A DNA stretch of 64,000 nt from an uncultured Bacteroidales bacterium (GCA_963813405.1 CAWEYU010000005.1:136436-200435); one strand, 5' to 3'; positions 30,489-41,215 are shown, counted from the first letter of the stretch. Numbers and translations are program-made. The notes: generated from the letters alone by a model not told the origin.

Positions 30489-31184
30489 TTACTGCAATGA
30501 AATTTTCTGCACCTGAGTAAAGTAACGCTCGCTGACGCCTGAGATTTGAATTGACAGTCTCACATAGATATAGCTTCTCTTCTTATTTGCGGAAGTTAGC
30601 GTAATCTTGTTGGTCTTAGCAGTGGTAAGATCGGTAAGCCCTGTTGTAAGAACATTGTTCTGAGTAGTATTGGTGTTGTCAACAATGCTTGTAACGCCAG
30701 CATAAAGTGTCACGTTGGTGATGGCATTTGTTCCGACTTTTGTAATGTTACAGGTTGATGTTATTGATGAGTCTGCCTTATTATAGGTGTATGTTTCACC
30801 TGAAATTGTATAATAAGGAGTGACAGGAACATCAAACGTGGTTTTACCATGTACGGTTACACTCAGAGTATCCGTATTAGGATCTGACCATGGAGCTCCG
30901 GCGAGCCTGACGATCTTATAGTCACCGTCAAAAAGTCTGGCAGAATAGGAGCCATCCTGGGCGATATAAACAGCAATCTTAGCCCGCGCTATTTTACCCC
31001 TGGTATCCCAGGTATACTGCCACAGTTCAAGCTGTGTCCCATTTGATCTGACTCCCACAGGAACACTGTTATAGACAACATTTCCTGACAGGATTGATGT
31101 AGGAGGATTATAGTTATCATATTTACATCCTGCAATCATTATTGCGAATGCAATAACCGTCATTAATATAATTTTATTTTTCAT
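30489..31184 (-). CDS. DUF3823-type PUL-associated lipoprotein
   Basis: 231 aa with lipoprotein signal (AIMIAGCKYDNYNPP). The N-terminal pattern SGNVVYN is typical of DUF3823 proteins found directly downstream of susD genes. Confidence 0.65.
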   Translation of the reverse strand: MKNKIILMTVIAFAIMIAGCKYDNYNPPTSILSGNVVYNSVPVGVRSNGTQLELWQYTWDTRGKIARAKIAVYIAQDGSYSARLFDGDYKIVRLAGAPWSDPNTDTLSVTVHGKTTFDVPVTPYYTISGETYTYNKADSSITSTCNITKVGTNAITNVTLYAGVTSIVDNTNTTQNNVLTTGLTDLTTAKTNKITLTSANKKRSYIYVRLSIQISGVSERYFTQVQKISLQ

Positions 31185-31193
31185 AGTCGTATT

Positions 31194-33125
31194 TTAATGG
31201 AATGGATTTTTAACTATCAGTGGATTGTTATCAAGCACCTGTTGGCTGATTTCGGAGTAATAGTTACCCATCCGGAAGAATCGTGGGGCTTTGAATTTCG
31301 GGGCAATAAATCTGTCAAAAACATATTTCCCATCGTTAACATTACCGGGTCGTACTATACGGTATGGGTAAAGTGCATACTGGTTTGCAGATGTAGTTGA
31401 TGCAGATCCGTTCCATACAATATGTGCTATTCTCCAACGCATCAGATCCCATACGCGGTGGTCCTCATAGGCGAGTTCCAGTCTGCGTTCATTCTGTAGT
31501 TTAGCCAGGGTTAAGGTAGTGGCATCCAGGCTGTTAGCCGGGAAACCAGCTCTTTGTCTTACCTGGTTAACATAATTGAGAGCATCGGTAATATTTGCGC
31601 CCCCAAGCTCAAATGCTGCTTCTGCTGCGTTAAGCAATACTTCGCCGTATCTGAATCTTATCCACCATACATCTGTCCCTACACCTCGTGCACTTGACAG
31701 GGTTGCAGGATCAATGAATTTTTTAATATAGAATCCTGTGTTTGATACTTCCTGGGAAATACGCATGGGCCCACCATTACCGGTCAGAAGCTTTCCATCG
31801 GTATGAAGACTATGGAAATTTTCTGATTCGTACCTGACGTATCTGTTTAGCGTAGCGCTCCATTCATAGACGCCGGCCTGCATTTCGACATCCACACCTT
31901 TAAATGATGTACCGGGGTAGACTATGGTACCATATAACCTGCCGTCTTTATTCGCAAAAATGTCGCTCGGCTTATTGTAGAAAATCCATTGTGCCTGTCC
32001 TGCATTAGTACCATCTCCATAACCCTTAAGTTTGCCGTTAGTTCCATCGAGATAATCGAAAGCCTCAACCAGGCCCAGATCGGGATTGGTAGCTGAGGAA
32101 GAGAGATTATCCTCACGCATGGTACGACAGATCTCATGATATGAGAAGTTATGCTTCTTCGTCGGGATAAGAAAATCCGTAACCATTATCATTTCAGGAT
32201 TCCCGGCTTTTTTGACGACCATTTCATAAAAGTTGTCACCAGGATTGGGGTTTTTACTGTAGAGGGAATATACTCCACTGGCTATGATCTCCTTGGCAGC
32301 AGCAAGGGAAGCCTGGTAATAACCGGCAGCCCTTGCTGCAGGTATTCCGACCTCACCGCCTGGTGTAGTTATAGGACTTGCCAGAAGGTTGTTGTATTTG
32401 GCTATTGAAGCTGCATACAGGGCTGCACGGCATTTAAGCGCAAGAACGGAATACTTATTAGCCCTGTCTTTGCTTGGTGTACCACTTGAGATATTACCAA
32501 CTGAATCTTTTATAGCATCCAGTTCACTGATAATAAAATCATAGCATTGTTCCTCAGTGTTACGGGGCTTTCTCAGAGGGGTTGCATCCCCGCTGAAGTC
32601 GTAAATAAGTGGTTCGGTAATAATAGGAACACCACCCATTCTCTTGACCATTTCAAAATAGTCATAAGCCCTGAGAAATCTGAGTTCTACAGAGAACTGG
32701 CTTTTCTCGGCGAGTGTAAGCTTGGTCGAGAATTTCTTAATACTTGAAATAGCCAGATTAATGTCTCTAATATAACCTCCAGGAGGGTTATTATTGCTAG
32801 GAGGTGCATAATCCCACAATGTCCACCTGTTATAGGCGTACTGAGTAAGATTATTGTTACCTATATCAACACCACTTTCCTGGCTTCCGGTTGCTATACC
32901 TTCATCATAACAGGCATAGTTACCTTCTCCGCTATATATATTACTATGAGAGGGCAATCTGTTGTACAGGTTAGCAAGAAGGTCGGTTATCATAGCTTTA
33001 TCATTCCACACCTGACTTTCAAGAAGGATGGTTGTGGAAACGGGTTGATCAAGGTATTTATCCCCGCAGCTTGTATAGAATAAAGCGGTTATAAGAATAA
33101 TAAGATATTTTAATATATTTTTCAT
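31194..33125 (-). CDS. susD: RagB/SusD family nutrient-binding outer membrane lipoprotein
   Basis: 643 aa with lipoprotein signal (ALFYTSCGD), a helical TPR-like body and the C-terminal ELAYEDHRVWDLMRW motif. It sits immediately downstream of a SusC gene. Confidence 0.92.
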   Translation of the reverse strand: MKNILKYLIILITALFYTSCGDKYLDQPVSTTILLESQVWNDKAMITDLLANLYNRLPSHSNIYSGEGNYACYDEGIATGSQESGVDIGNNNLTQYAYNRWTLWDYAPPSNNNPPGGYIRDINLAISSIKKFSTKLTLAEKSQFSVELRFLRAYDYFEMVKRMGGVPIITEPLIYDFSGDATPLRKPRNTEEQCYDFIISELDAIKDSVGNISSGTPSKDRANKYSVLALKCRAALYAASIAKYNNLLASPITTPGGEVGIPAARAAGYYQASLAAAKEIIASGVYSLYSKNPNPGDNFYEMVVKKAGNPEMIMVTDFLIPTKKHNFSYHEICRTMREDNLSSSATNPDLGLVEAFDYLDGTNGKLKGYGDGTNAGQAQWIFYNKPSDIFANKDGRLYGTIVYPGTSFKGVDVEMQAGVYEWSATLNRYVRYESENFHSLHTDGKLLTGNGGPMRISQEVSNTGFYIKKFIDPATLSSARGVGTDVWWIRFRYGEVLLNAAEAAFELGGANITDALNYVNQVRQRAGFPANSLDATTLTLAKLQNERRLELAYEDHRVWDLMRWRIAHIVWNGSASTTSANQYALYPYRIVRPGNVNDGKYVFDRFIAPKFKAPRFFRMGNYYSEISQQVLDNNPLIVKNPFH

Positions 33126-33135
33126 TTTTGCAATT

Positions 33136-36100
33136 TTAGAAAGTTAAACTAAAACCAAAATTGTAGATCCTTGACTGAGGATAAACCAGACCGCTGCTGC
33201 TTGAAATTTCAGGATCAGTTTCGAACTTCCTGGTATTATCTAACGAAAACAGGTTAGAAATATTTGCATATATTCTTGCTCTCGAGAGACCCAGCTTAAC
33301 AATACTAAGGACCTTCGTTGGAATCTGATAACCTAACTCTAAGCTCGAAAGTCTGAAGTAGGTCACATTAGTTGTGTAAAAATCATTCGTTCTGCTGAAG
33401 TTTGAATGAGTCTGAAAGTCTTTCCTTGTAGGAGGATAATATCCCGGCACCCATTCGCTGGTATTATCGAATGGATCAGCCCTGTGCCATGCATTATCGA
33501 GGAGCCACTGGGGAGAGTTGCCATTATTTGTACCATAAGGAATTTTCAGCTCATTGTTCCGGGTCCATGTCTGCATGGAGCCTCCTCCAAAAATCAGAGC
33601 GAGACTGATACCTTTCCAGTCAAACTGGCTGTTAAGGCCAAAGCTTACATATGGATTGGCGCCTGTGGCATATCCGATAGGTCTCTGGTCCATAGAGTTT
33701 ATGATCTTATCACCATTAAGGTCTTCATAGATCAGGTCACCGGGAAGAAGGGTCCTGTTTCCGGAACCGTCAACATTGACCGGGTAGTCATCGATTTGTT
33801 CCTGTGTCTGGAACTGTCCGATAATATGATAACCCCAGTTTACGTTATCCCAGCGTCCTTCATTTGAGTTCCTGTACTCATCATATGAGTTACCAAAACG
33901 TGGCTTATAGGTCTGAAGTGTCATAGCTCTTGAATAAGTGGCATTTACTCCCAGATTCATATTAACGGGTCCTATCTTACCCCGATATGAGACCATACCC
34001 TCGATTCCCTTGTTAGCAGCGCTGTTAAGGTTTTCATTAGGAAGTGTATATCCTACCTCGCTTGGAATCAACACGTCATATCTGGCTGCAGGTATACCTG
34101 TACGCTTTCTCTGGAATACATCGAACTGACCACTTATTTTGTCGCCAAATAAAACAAAGTCAATACCAATGTTAGTAGAAGTATTTGTTACCCATGAAAG
34201 ATTTGTAACCGGTAATCCTCGTGGAGTGATACCAGTATAGGTTACTCCGTTAAAACGATAACTTCCTGAAGACCAGTTAAATCCACCTAAATATCCAAAT
34301 GCATTTACTCCGGTTTCAGCTCCTGTCTGACCCCAGGATCCTCTGATCTTAAGGTCGCTGATAAGCCCTTTCAATGGTGCAAAGAATAGTTCATTTGATA
34401 CCCTCCATCCTATTGAAACACCCGGGAAGAATCCCCAGCGGTGACCTTTGGCATACATATAAGAACCATCATATCGTCCAAGAGCTTCCAAAAGGTACTT
34501 ATCATTATAATTGTAATTAAACCTTCCGATATAGCTTGCTCTTGCAGACATTAACCATGTATTAGTCAACTGGTCCTCATCTACAAGGTTCTGGACAGGA
34601 ATATAATTGGTAGGTGGGATAGTATGGAGTTGCAGAAACTGGTTATCACCACCGGTCTGGTCGTAAGCTGCAGTAGCAGCGATAGTATGTTTCCCTATCT
34701 TTTTATTATAATTCAGCTGTAACTGGGCATATTTGGTCTCATTATGTTGACGGTCTGTACGCCTGTAAGGATTTAAATTACCTCCTCCGACAACCTGATT
34801 GTATGTTTGAGTTACCCTGTCATAAGTATAAGCAGGATATGTGAATTCAAAACATTCCATGATCCAGTTGAAATACTCATATGAATATGTTCCCCTGGCT
34901 TTCAGACCAAATCCGAAATCGTAATCAGCATAGATATTGGCCTTAAATACACGTGTATATTCAGTGGTCCAGCCTGTAAGAGATTCTTTGTAAGTAGCAG
35001 GGTTTATATTAACACTATGGGTATTGTTGACATACAGAGGATTGTCGTTGGCATAAGGCCGTTCAGTGGGCCAGTTTCTCATGGTGGAGATGAAGATATT
35101 CGGATAGTCATCAACTCCCGGGATCCCTGCCTGGTGGCGTTTCTCAATACGAGGGGAAAGCTGCAACCCAAATTTCAACCCTTTTGCAAGTTTGGCTTCT
35201 ATATTTGATTGCATGCTGGTGCGCTTGAAATAATAGCTTTCGATAACAGCATCCTGGGCCATGTTTGCTACAGAGAAGAAATAATTTACTTTTTCACCGG
35301 CACCAGAAGCGCTTGCATTAAAATAGGTTTGAGGAGCAGGAACGTTTTTCCCGATGATCTCTTCAAAATAGTCAAAGCTTCTGTAATCAGCATACTGTGC
35401 AGGGTCACTTGACGGGTTATAATATTGTGTCCTCCAGTTTTCCAGTGCATCCGCAGTGATTGGGGGTGGATTACCCTGGTTTTGAGCCGATTGTAATAGT
35501 CCAAGCTGGTACGTATAAGCATCTGCATGCTGGGGGTACCTTGTAAAGCTCTGCAATCCATAATAACCGTCAATTTTGATACTTGGTTTTTCATTTACCT
35601 TGCCTTGCTTGGTAGTTACGAGTATTACTCCGTTGGCGGCCTGCAGACCGTAAATTGAAGCTGACGCATCTTTCAGAATTGAGATACTTTCAATGTTATC
35701 TATCTCCAGGTTGTTAAAGTCTCCGGTTGAACCAACAAGGTAAGAGTTGGTAATAATAGTTGAAGAAGGCACACCATCAATGATAACCAGAGGTGTACCA
35801 TAGTTACGGATCTGCAGCTGGGAGGCGTTTCCCGGTCTGGCATCAGTAAGACGTGCCGTTATACCCGGAACCTTTCCCACAAGTGCTGCTGCGGCCGTGG
35901 ATGACTTGGTTTGTGTAAGTGCATCTGCCTGTACACTGCTTACGGCTCCTGTAAGTGTCTTTTTTGTCTGGGTGCCATACCCTACAACAACAACTTCATC
36001 GAGCCCGATAGCAGTTTCTAACATAGAAGCATCAACCTTAGACCGTCCGTTCACCGGAATATCCAGAGGTTTCATACCAACAAATGTGAATGCAATTGTG

Positions 36101-36381
36101 GCATCGGTTGGGACATTTGACAGGGTATAAGTACCTGTTGCACTGGTAACAGTACCGTTTGTGGTTCCTTTTACCAGAACTGTAACCCCTGTTAGTGGTT
36201 GTCCTTGCTGATCTGTTACTGTACCTGTGACGCTAAGCTGTTGAGCAGAGGCATAATTGCCGGTGCCGATCAAAGCTGTCACCATGAACAGTAGCAAAAC
36301 CATCACACCCCTTGTCAGGTGCCTGACACTGGAGTGCATGGATTTTGTAGAAATAATAAAAAGTCTACATCTGTTCTTCAT
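33136..36381 (-). CDS. susC: SusC/RagA family TonB-linked outer membrane transporter
   Basis: 1081 aa. It has a carboxypeptidase-regulatory-like N-domain (VTGTVTDQQGQPLTGVTVLVKGTTNGT), a plug region (DEVVVVGYGTQTKKTLTGAVSSV...ISILKDASASIYG) and a terminal aromatic F. Confidence 0.95.
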   Translation of the reverse strand: MKNRCRLFIISTKSMHSSVRHLTRGVMVLLLFMVTALIGTGNYASAQQLSVTGTVTDQQGQPLTGVTVLVKGTTNGTVTSATGTYTLSNVPTDATIAFTFVGMKPLDIPVNGRSKVDASMLETAIGLDEVVVVGYGTQTKKTLTGAVSSVQADALTQTKSSTAAAALVGKVPGITARLTDARPGNASQLQIRNYGTPLVIIDGVPSSTIITNSYLVGSTGDFNNLEIDNIESISILKDASASIYGLQAANGVILVTTKQGKVNEKPSIKIDGYYGLQSFTRYPQHADAYTYQLGLLQSAQNQGNPPPITADALENWRTQYYNPSSDPAQYADYRSFDYFEEIIGKNVPAPQTYFNASASGAGEKVNYFFSVANMAQDAVIESYYFKRTSMQSNIEAKLAKGLKFGLQLSPRIEKRHQAGIPGVDDYPNIFISTMRNWPTERPYANDNPLYVNNTHSVNINPATYKESLTGWTTEYTRVFKANIYADYDFGFGLKARGTYSYEYFNWIMECFEFTYPAYTYDRVTQTYNQVVGGGNLNPYRRTDRQHNETKYAQLQLNYNKKIGKHTIAATAAYDQTGGDNQFLQLHTIPPTNYIPVQNLVDEDQLTNTWLMSARASYIGRFNYNYNDKYLLEALGRYDGSYMYAKGHRWGFFPGVSIGWRVSNELFFAPLKGLISDLKIRGSWGQTGAETGVNAFGYLGGFNWSSGSYRFNGVTYTGITPRGLPVTNLSWVTNTSTNIGIDFVLFGDKISGQFDVFQRKRTGIPAARYDVLIPSEVGYTLPNENLNSAANKGIEGMVSYRGKIGPVNMNLGVNATYSRAMTLQTYKPRFGNSYDEYRNSNEGRWDNVNWGYHIIGQFQTQEQIDDYPVNVDGSGNRTLLPGDLIYEDLNGDKIINSMDQRPIGYATGANPYVSFGLNSQFDWKGISLALIFGGGSMQTWTRNNELKIPYGTNNGNSPQWLLDNAWHRADPFDNTSEWVPGYYPPTRKDFQTHSNFSRTNDFYTTNVTYFRLSSLELGYQIPTKVLSIVKLGLSRARIYANISNLFSLDNTRKFETDPEISSSSGLVYPQSRIYNFGFSLTF

Positions 36382-36693
36382 AACATTAATAGGTTAGTTA
36401 ATGAATTTTGGGTTAGTAATTAAGAATAATTTGATCTGTTATATGGTTTTTGTGTTTATTTTACACTTAATATTACAGACATTCAAGGAAATAAATAATT
36501 AAACAAAATAGTCAGTCATCCTAGTTTAGCGAATTTACTCCCTTTTTTGTGTGTCTGATACACTTATTTTGATTCAAACTATAGGTTAAGCTATTGCCAA
36601 ATATATAAGATTCTATTTATCAAAAAATAAAAAGTGATAGTTATTAGTAAAAAAATACATGTTGTAGAGCATCGGGTGATACCAATTTAAAAA

Positions 36694-38922
36694 TCATTTT
36701 CGTTCTAACCGGATCGTTGTAAAACTGTATCCCGGAAATTTGTGAATAAATCCGGATCTGCTGATCTTCATTTTTTCAACTTTCGGACCAATAAGATAGG
36801 GATTTTCCCTGCTGTTGCGGGCAGAAAGAGGATATGGACCAAGTTGTGTAACAGTCGCCTCATTGGCAGGTGCAAAATCAACCAGCTTAAAACCTTTTGA
36901 ACGTATTGTAGAACAATAATTTACGATGTAGAGTGTCATTTCCTTTTCATCATTACTTGCCTTGACAAGGATGTCCAGGGAATCTGCAGGTTGCTGATTC
37001 TGTACATCAATCACCCATGGCAGCCACTCTTTGGTGAACATCTGATCGACATATCCTGACGTCTGGTTCCAGAAACGGTGAGAATCATAAAAAACCCGTC
37101 CCTGGGGCCATGTCATGTAAGCCGTTTCAGGCTGGAACATGTTTGCTGTGGCAGCTGCTTCTATCCTGCCACCCCAGCGGTTCAGAAAGTTTTGCAAACG
37201 TGCATGAACCATACCTCTTTCAAAAGTATGGAACTGACCATTTTCCTCCAGTGGATAGAGCTTGAGCTTAAATCCCAGATCGGCCGCAAGCTGATCCTGT
37301 AATGCAAGGCCAAAGCTTCTGTAAATAACCGAATCACGTGAGAAAGAAGCAGCATAGTGGCTGTCCCATCCAAATCGTTCCTCCTTCCCCTGAACTTTGA
37401 TCCATTCCACGAAATCCCTTACAAGGTTATAGCCGGGATTACTTTGGTCACCTTTTTGCAGATTGGAAAAGTTGTTGCCTATATTAATTGATACTAAGAG
37501 ATTTATATCTGGATCAGCTTTCCATATCTCGGTAGCCAGGCCTTTGAATTTTTCAAAGTATTCATTTGTCCGCGGACCAGTTGGTCTTTGTTCATTACTT
37601 ATCTCGATATACTTTAGATTATAGGGCTCCGTATGTCCATCGCGAACTCTTGCAGCACCCCATTTGGAGGTAGCGGCTCCTTTGGCGTATTCAATCATGT
37701 CTTTGATTTCAGCAGGATTTTCATCTTTGCTTATACCTACCACGCCATCAAGACCGGCGGCTTCAGCCAGCATCAGGAACTCGAATATGCCAAAACCATG
37801 TGATGCATATGGCGTAAAGGTGCCGGTATATGGCAACCGTTCATCCCTGGGGCCTATCATATTTTTCCAGCGATATAGCAAACTGTCGGTACACTGGTTA
37901 TTCATTGATCCGTTATAACGGATTATTTTCATGCCGTTTCCTTTGATCTGATCTACAAAGTCCTGACGTATCGGATAACCACCCTTTACTCTTCCCCATA
38001 ATCCCGGTTGCAGAAAAGCATAACCTAATGTTATCATGCCCGGTTCTTTCAGTATAACGGCAAATCGTCCTCTAATATCTGATTTGGCAGGTGTTAGTTC
38101 AAACTCAACTTTTTGGTAGGCATCAGCAGATGGCTTCAGTCTTATGACTTTTTCAGCCAGCTTTGTCGCTCCGATAGAATCTAACAGAACCACATAAAGG
38201 TTGCATGCTTTTGGATTTTTGATCCTGAGCAGACCTTCATAATTTTTCCCTTCCTGAATATTAATTCCCATTCTGAGCAGCCCCATATTATCAATTCCAA
38301 CTTCTCCGTTACCAGAGACAAATTGAATCTGCTGATCGCGTCTTCCTTTATATTGCCCTTTTGTGATCAGTTTAAAAATTCCTTTTGCTGAACCGGAATT
38401 GACTTCCCTCCAGTAACGGCTTATCTGTTTATCGCCATTGACCTTTTCAAGCAACATTTTTTGCTGTACTTCCGATAAAGAATCAAGAGGACGAATAACA
38501 GGAAGTATATTTTTACTGTTCAACTCATAAGTCTGAGTCACAGGATTTCCAACTGCATTTATTCCCAACCGTCGGCACTGTGTTGTAATGTAAGGTTTCC
38601 CTTTCTCATCAAGAACAACCATCGAGACCCATCGTAACGGACCTATCACACTTTTGGGATTTGATACATTGGCAGGGAGATTCAGGAAATCCACATCGAC
38701 ATGTTCCTCAAAGTCCTGACCGTAAATCAACTGGCTGTACATCCCACCATAACACTGGAAATTCAGATCCTCAACATTAGCCCCGTTCAACCTGTCAGAG
38801 GCCTGATTTAATCTTTTTGAAGCATCAATAGTAATAGTGTTCTGCTGATTAGTACAAGAAACTGACAGACATAACAATACCAGGTAAGTTAGTTTATTCA
38901 TGTTGGTAATTATTTTATTCAT
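36694..38922 (-). CDS. Divergent GH51-related glycoside hydrolase with extended N-terminal beta-sandwich region (paralogue 1)
   Basis: 742 aa with a signal/lipoprotein N-terminus. Blocks are colinear with the bona fide GH51 at 47282..49270. NGANVEDLNFQCYGGMYSQLIYGQDFE matches FFEDINFAADGGIYAELIKNRSFE. YRWKNMIGPRDER matches YQWKTTVGPIEER. IEYAKGAATSKWGAARVRDGHTEPYNLKYIEISNEQ matches IEFANGGIASKWGKLRSTLGHAKPFNLKYIGVGNEQ. Confidence 0.65.
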   Translation of the reverse strand: MNKIITNMNKLTYLVLLCLSVSCTNQQNTITIDASKRLNQASDRLNGANVEDLNFQCYGGMYSQLIYGQDFEEHVDVDFLNLPANVSNPKSVIGPLRWVSMVVLDEKGKPYITTQCRRLGINAVGNPVTQTYELNSKNILPVIRPLDSLSEVQQKMLLEKVNGDKQISRYWREVNSGSAKGIFKLITKGQYKGRRDQQIQFVSGNGEVGIDNMGLLRMGINIQEGKNYEGLLRIKNPKACNLYVVLLDSIGATKLAEKVIRLKPSADAYQKVEFELTPAKSDIRGRFAVILKEPGMITLGYAFLQPGLWGRVKGGYPIRQDFVDQIKGNGMKIIRYNGSMNNQCTDSLLYRWKNMIGPRDERLPYTGTFTPYASHGFGIFEFLMLAEAAGLDGVVGISKDENPAEIKDMIEYAKGAATSKWGAARVRDGHTEPYNLKYIEISNEQRPTGPRTNEYFEKFKGLATEIWKADPDINLLVSINIGNNFSNLQKGDQSNPGYNLVRDFVEWIKVQGKEERFGWDSHYAASFSRDSVIYRSFGLALQDQLAADLGFKLKLYPLEENGQFHTFERGMVHARLQNFLNRWGGRIEAAATANMFQPETAYMTWPQGRVFYDSHRFWNQTSGYVDQMFTKEWLPWVIDVQNQQPADSLDILVKASNDEKEMTLYIVNYCSTIRSKGFKLVDFAPANEATVTQLGPYPLSARNSRENPYLIGPKVEKMKISRSGFIHKFPGYSFTTIRLERK

Positions 38923-38965
38923 ATTTTATCCAATAATAACACATCAACGTCAGAAATTTTATTGA

Positions 38966-41215
38966 TCATCTTCTCTCCAACCGGATCACTATAAAGCTGT
39001 GTGCCGGGAAAATATATTCAAAAGAAGATCCGCTGATTTTCATTTGTTCTGTTTTTGGAATAATCAGCTCAGAATTCTCTCCGCTGTTCCTTGCTGAGAA
39101 CGGGTATGGTCCCAGTTTCGTCACAATAGCCTCTTTATTTGGCTTAAAATCAACCATTCTGAAATTTCTTTCATGAGATTTCAACCCATAATTTACTACA
39201 TAGAGAGAAATAATCTTTCCGTCCTCGCTGGCTTTAGCAAGAATATCGAGTGAATCTGCCGGAGGTTGATTCTCTGTACTGATCACCCAGGGAAGCCATT
39301 CTTTTGTGTACATCTGATCGACATAACCTGATGTCTGGTTCCAGAAGCGGTATGAATCATAAAAAACACGCCCCTGTCCAAAAGTCATAAAACCGGCTTC
39401 AGGCTGGAACATATTAGCTGTGGCTGCTGCCTGAAGACGATCACTCCATCGGTTCAGGTGGTTCTGAAGGCGGGCATGAGTTATGCCCCTCTCAAAAGTG
39501 TGATGAGCTCCATTTTCTTCCAAAGGATAAAGCTTAAGCTTGTACCCTATATCTTCAGCAAGAACATCCTGCAGTTCCAGGCCAAGAGCCCTGTAAATTG
39601 TGCTGTCGGGTTCTATCAGCCTGCCATTGTAGTGGCTGTCCCAACCTATCTGATCCTCTTTACCCTGTTCCTTTACCCACTTTAAAAACTCCCTTACCTG
39701 CAGATATTCCGGGTTGTTCTGATAAACTTTTTTCAGAACATTCAGATTATTGGCTGCACGAACGTTTATTGAAGTCAGCAAATGCATTTCAGGATTGGCT
39801 TTCCATATTTCTGTTGCCAGTGCCCTGAACTGGTTGAAATAGGCTTTAAGTCTGTCTGCTGTTACACGTACTTCATTGCCTATCTGAATATACCTGAGGT
39901 TATAGGGTTCGGGGTGTCCATCACGAGCCCTCAGTGCACCCCATTTGGATGTAACCGGTCCTCTGGCATATTCAATCATGTATCTTATTTCTGCCGGATC
40001 TTCATCCTTGCTGATTCCAACCACACCATCCAGTCCTGCTGCCTCGGCGAGCATAAGGAACTCAAAAATGCCAAAACCATGTGTTGCATAGGGAGTAAAT
40101 GTGCCGGTATATGGCAGCCTTTCATCTCTTGGGCCGATCATGTTTTTCCAGCGATAAAGAAGGCTATCGGGGCATCTGTCGTTCATTGAACCATTATAGC
40201 GGATGATCTTCATGCCATTGTCTTTTATGCGGTCAACAAAATCCTGGCGAATCGGATATCCACCTTTCACCCTTCCCCACAAGCCGGGTTGCAGAAAAGC
40301 ATAGCCAAGCACTATCTCTCCTGGTTCTTTCATTATGACTGCAAAACGGCCCTTGGTATCTGATTTATCAGGGATCAGTTCAAATTCAATCTTCTGGTAT
40401 GTATTCGGAGAAGCATTTATCCTGATTGCCTTCTCAGCCAGTTTTTCTTTGCCGTCACTACTTAAGATAGCAACATAAAGGTTACATGTCTTAGGGTTTT
40501 TTACTCTAAGGAGGCCTTCATAATTTTTGCCTTCCTTAAAATTTATACCCATCCGCAGAAGACCCATATTGTCAATCCCTACTTCTCCACTACCGGAAAT
40601 AAACTGAATTTGCTGATCACGTCTTCCCTTGTACTGACCTTTGGTTATTAGCTTATAAACTCCTTTCGCAGTACCAGAGTTTACTTCCCGCCAGTACCTG
40701 CTTATCTGTTTATTGCCATTGACCATTTCAAGCAGGATCTTTCTTTTGTCTTCCGGCAGTGAATCTGCCGGAAGAATAGACCGGGGTACCCTTCCCTCTG
40801 TCAGCTCATACGTTTTGGTGACCGGATTGCCAAGAGGATTAAAACCCTGGCTTCTGGGCTGAGTGGTATACCAGGGTTTTCCATTTTTATCCAGAATAAT
40901 GAAGGTGATGGTTCTTAATGTACCCGTCATGCTTTTCGGATCAGTTATCTGAGAAGGCAATTTCAGAAAATCTACATCAACATGCTCCTCGAAATCCTGC
41001 CCATATAGCAACTGACTGTACATACCTCCGTAACATTGAAAATTAAGATCCTCAACATTAGCCCCGTTAACACGATCTGTTACAAGATGAAGTTTTTTTG
41101 ATGCATCAATGGTGATGACCTCATTATGTTTTTGCGTACATGATATACATGTACATAAGAGTGACAGTATCAAAAAGTTTTTCATAGTTCTTTGTTTGAT
41201 TTTGGTGGTTATCAA
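38966..41215 (-). CDS. Divergent GH51-related glycoside hydrolase (paralogue 2, tandem to 36694..38922)
   Basis: 749 aa, colinear with and highly similar to the neighbouring 742-aa protein along its whole length. It has the same catalytic-region motifs (YIQIGNEV; KLYPLEENG) and overlaps the upstream GH2 gene by 4 nt. Confidence 0.65.
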   Translation of the reverse strand: MITTKIKQRTMKNFLILSLLCTCISCTQKHNEVITIDASKKLHLVTDRVNGANVEDLNFQCYGGMYSQLLYGQDFEEHVDVDFLKLPSQITDPKSMTGTLRTITFIILDKNGKPWYTTQPRSQGFNPLGNPVTKTYELTEGRVPRSILPADSLPEDKRKILLEMVNGNKQISRYWREVNSGTAKGVYKLITKGQYKGRRDQQIQFISGSGEVGIDNMGLLRMGINFKEGKNYEGLLRVKNPKTCNLYVAILSSDGKEKLAEKAIRINASPNTYQKIEFELIPDKSDTKGRFAVIMKEPGEIVLGYAFLQPGLWGRVKGGYPIRQDFVDRIKDNGMKIIRYNGSMNDRCPDSLLYRWKNMIGPRDERLPYTGTFTPYATHGFGIFEFLMLAEAAGLDGVVGISKDEDPAEIRYMIEYARGPVTSKWGALRARDGHPEPYNLRYIQIGNEVRVTADRLKAYFNQFRALATEIWKANPEMHLLTSINVRAANNLNVLKKVYQNNPEYLQVREFLKWVKEQGKEDQIGWDSHYNGRLIEPDSTIYRALGLELQDVLAEDIGYKLKLYPLEENGAHHTFERGITHARLQNHLNRWSDRLQAAATANMFQPEAGFMTFGQGRVFYDSYRFWNQTSGYVDQMYTKEWLPWVISTENQPPADSLDILAKASEDGKIISLYVVNYGLKSHERNFRMVDFKPNKEAIVTKLGPYPFSARNSGENSELIIPKTEQMKISGSSFEYIFPAHSFIVIRLERR

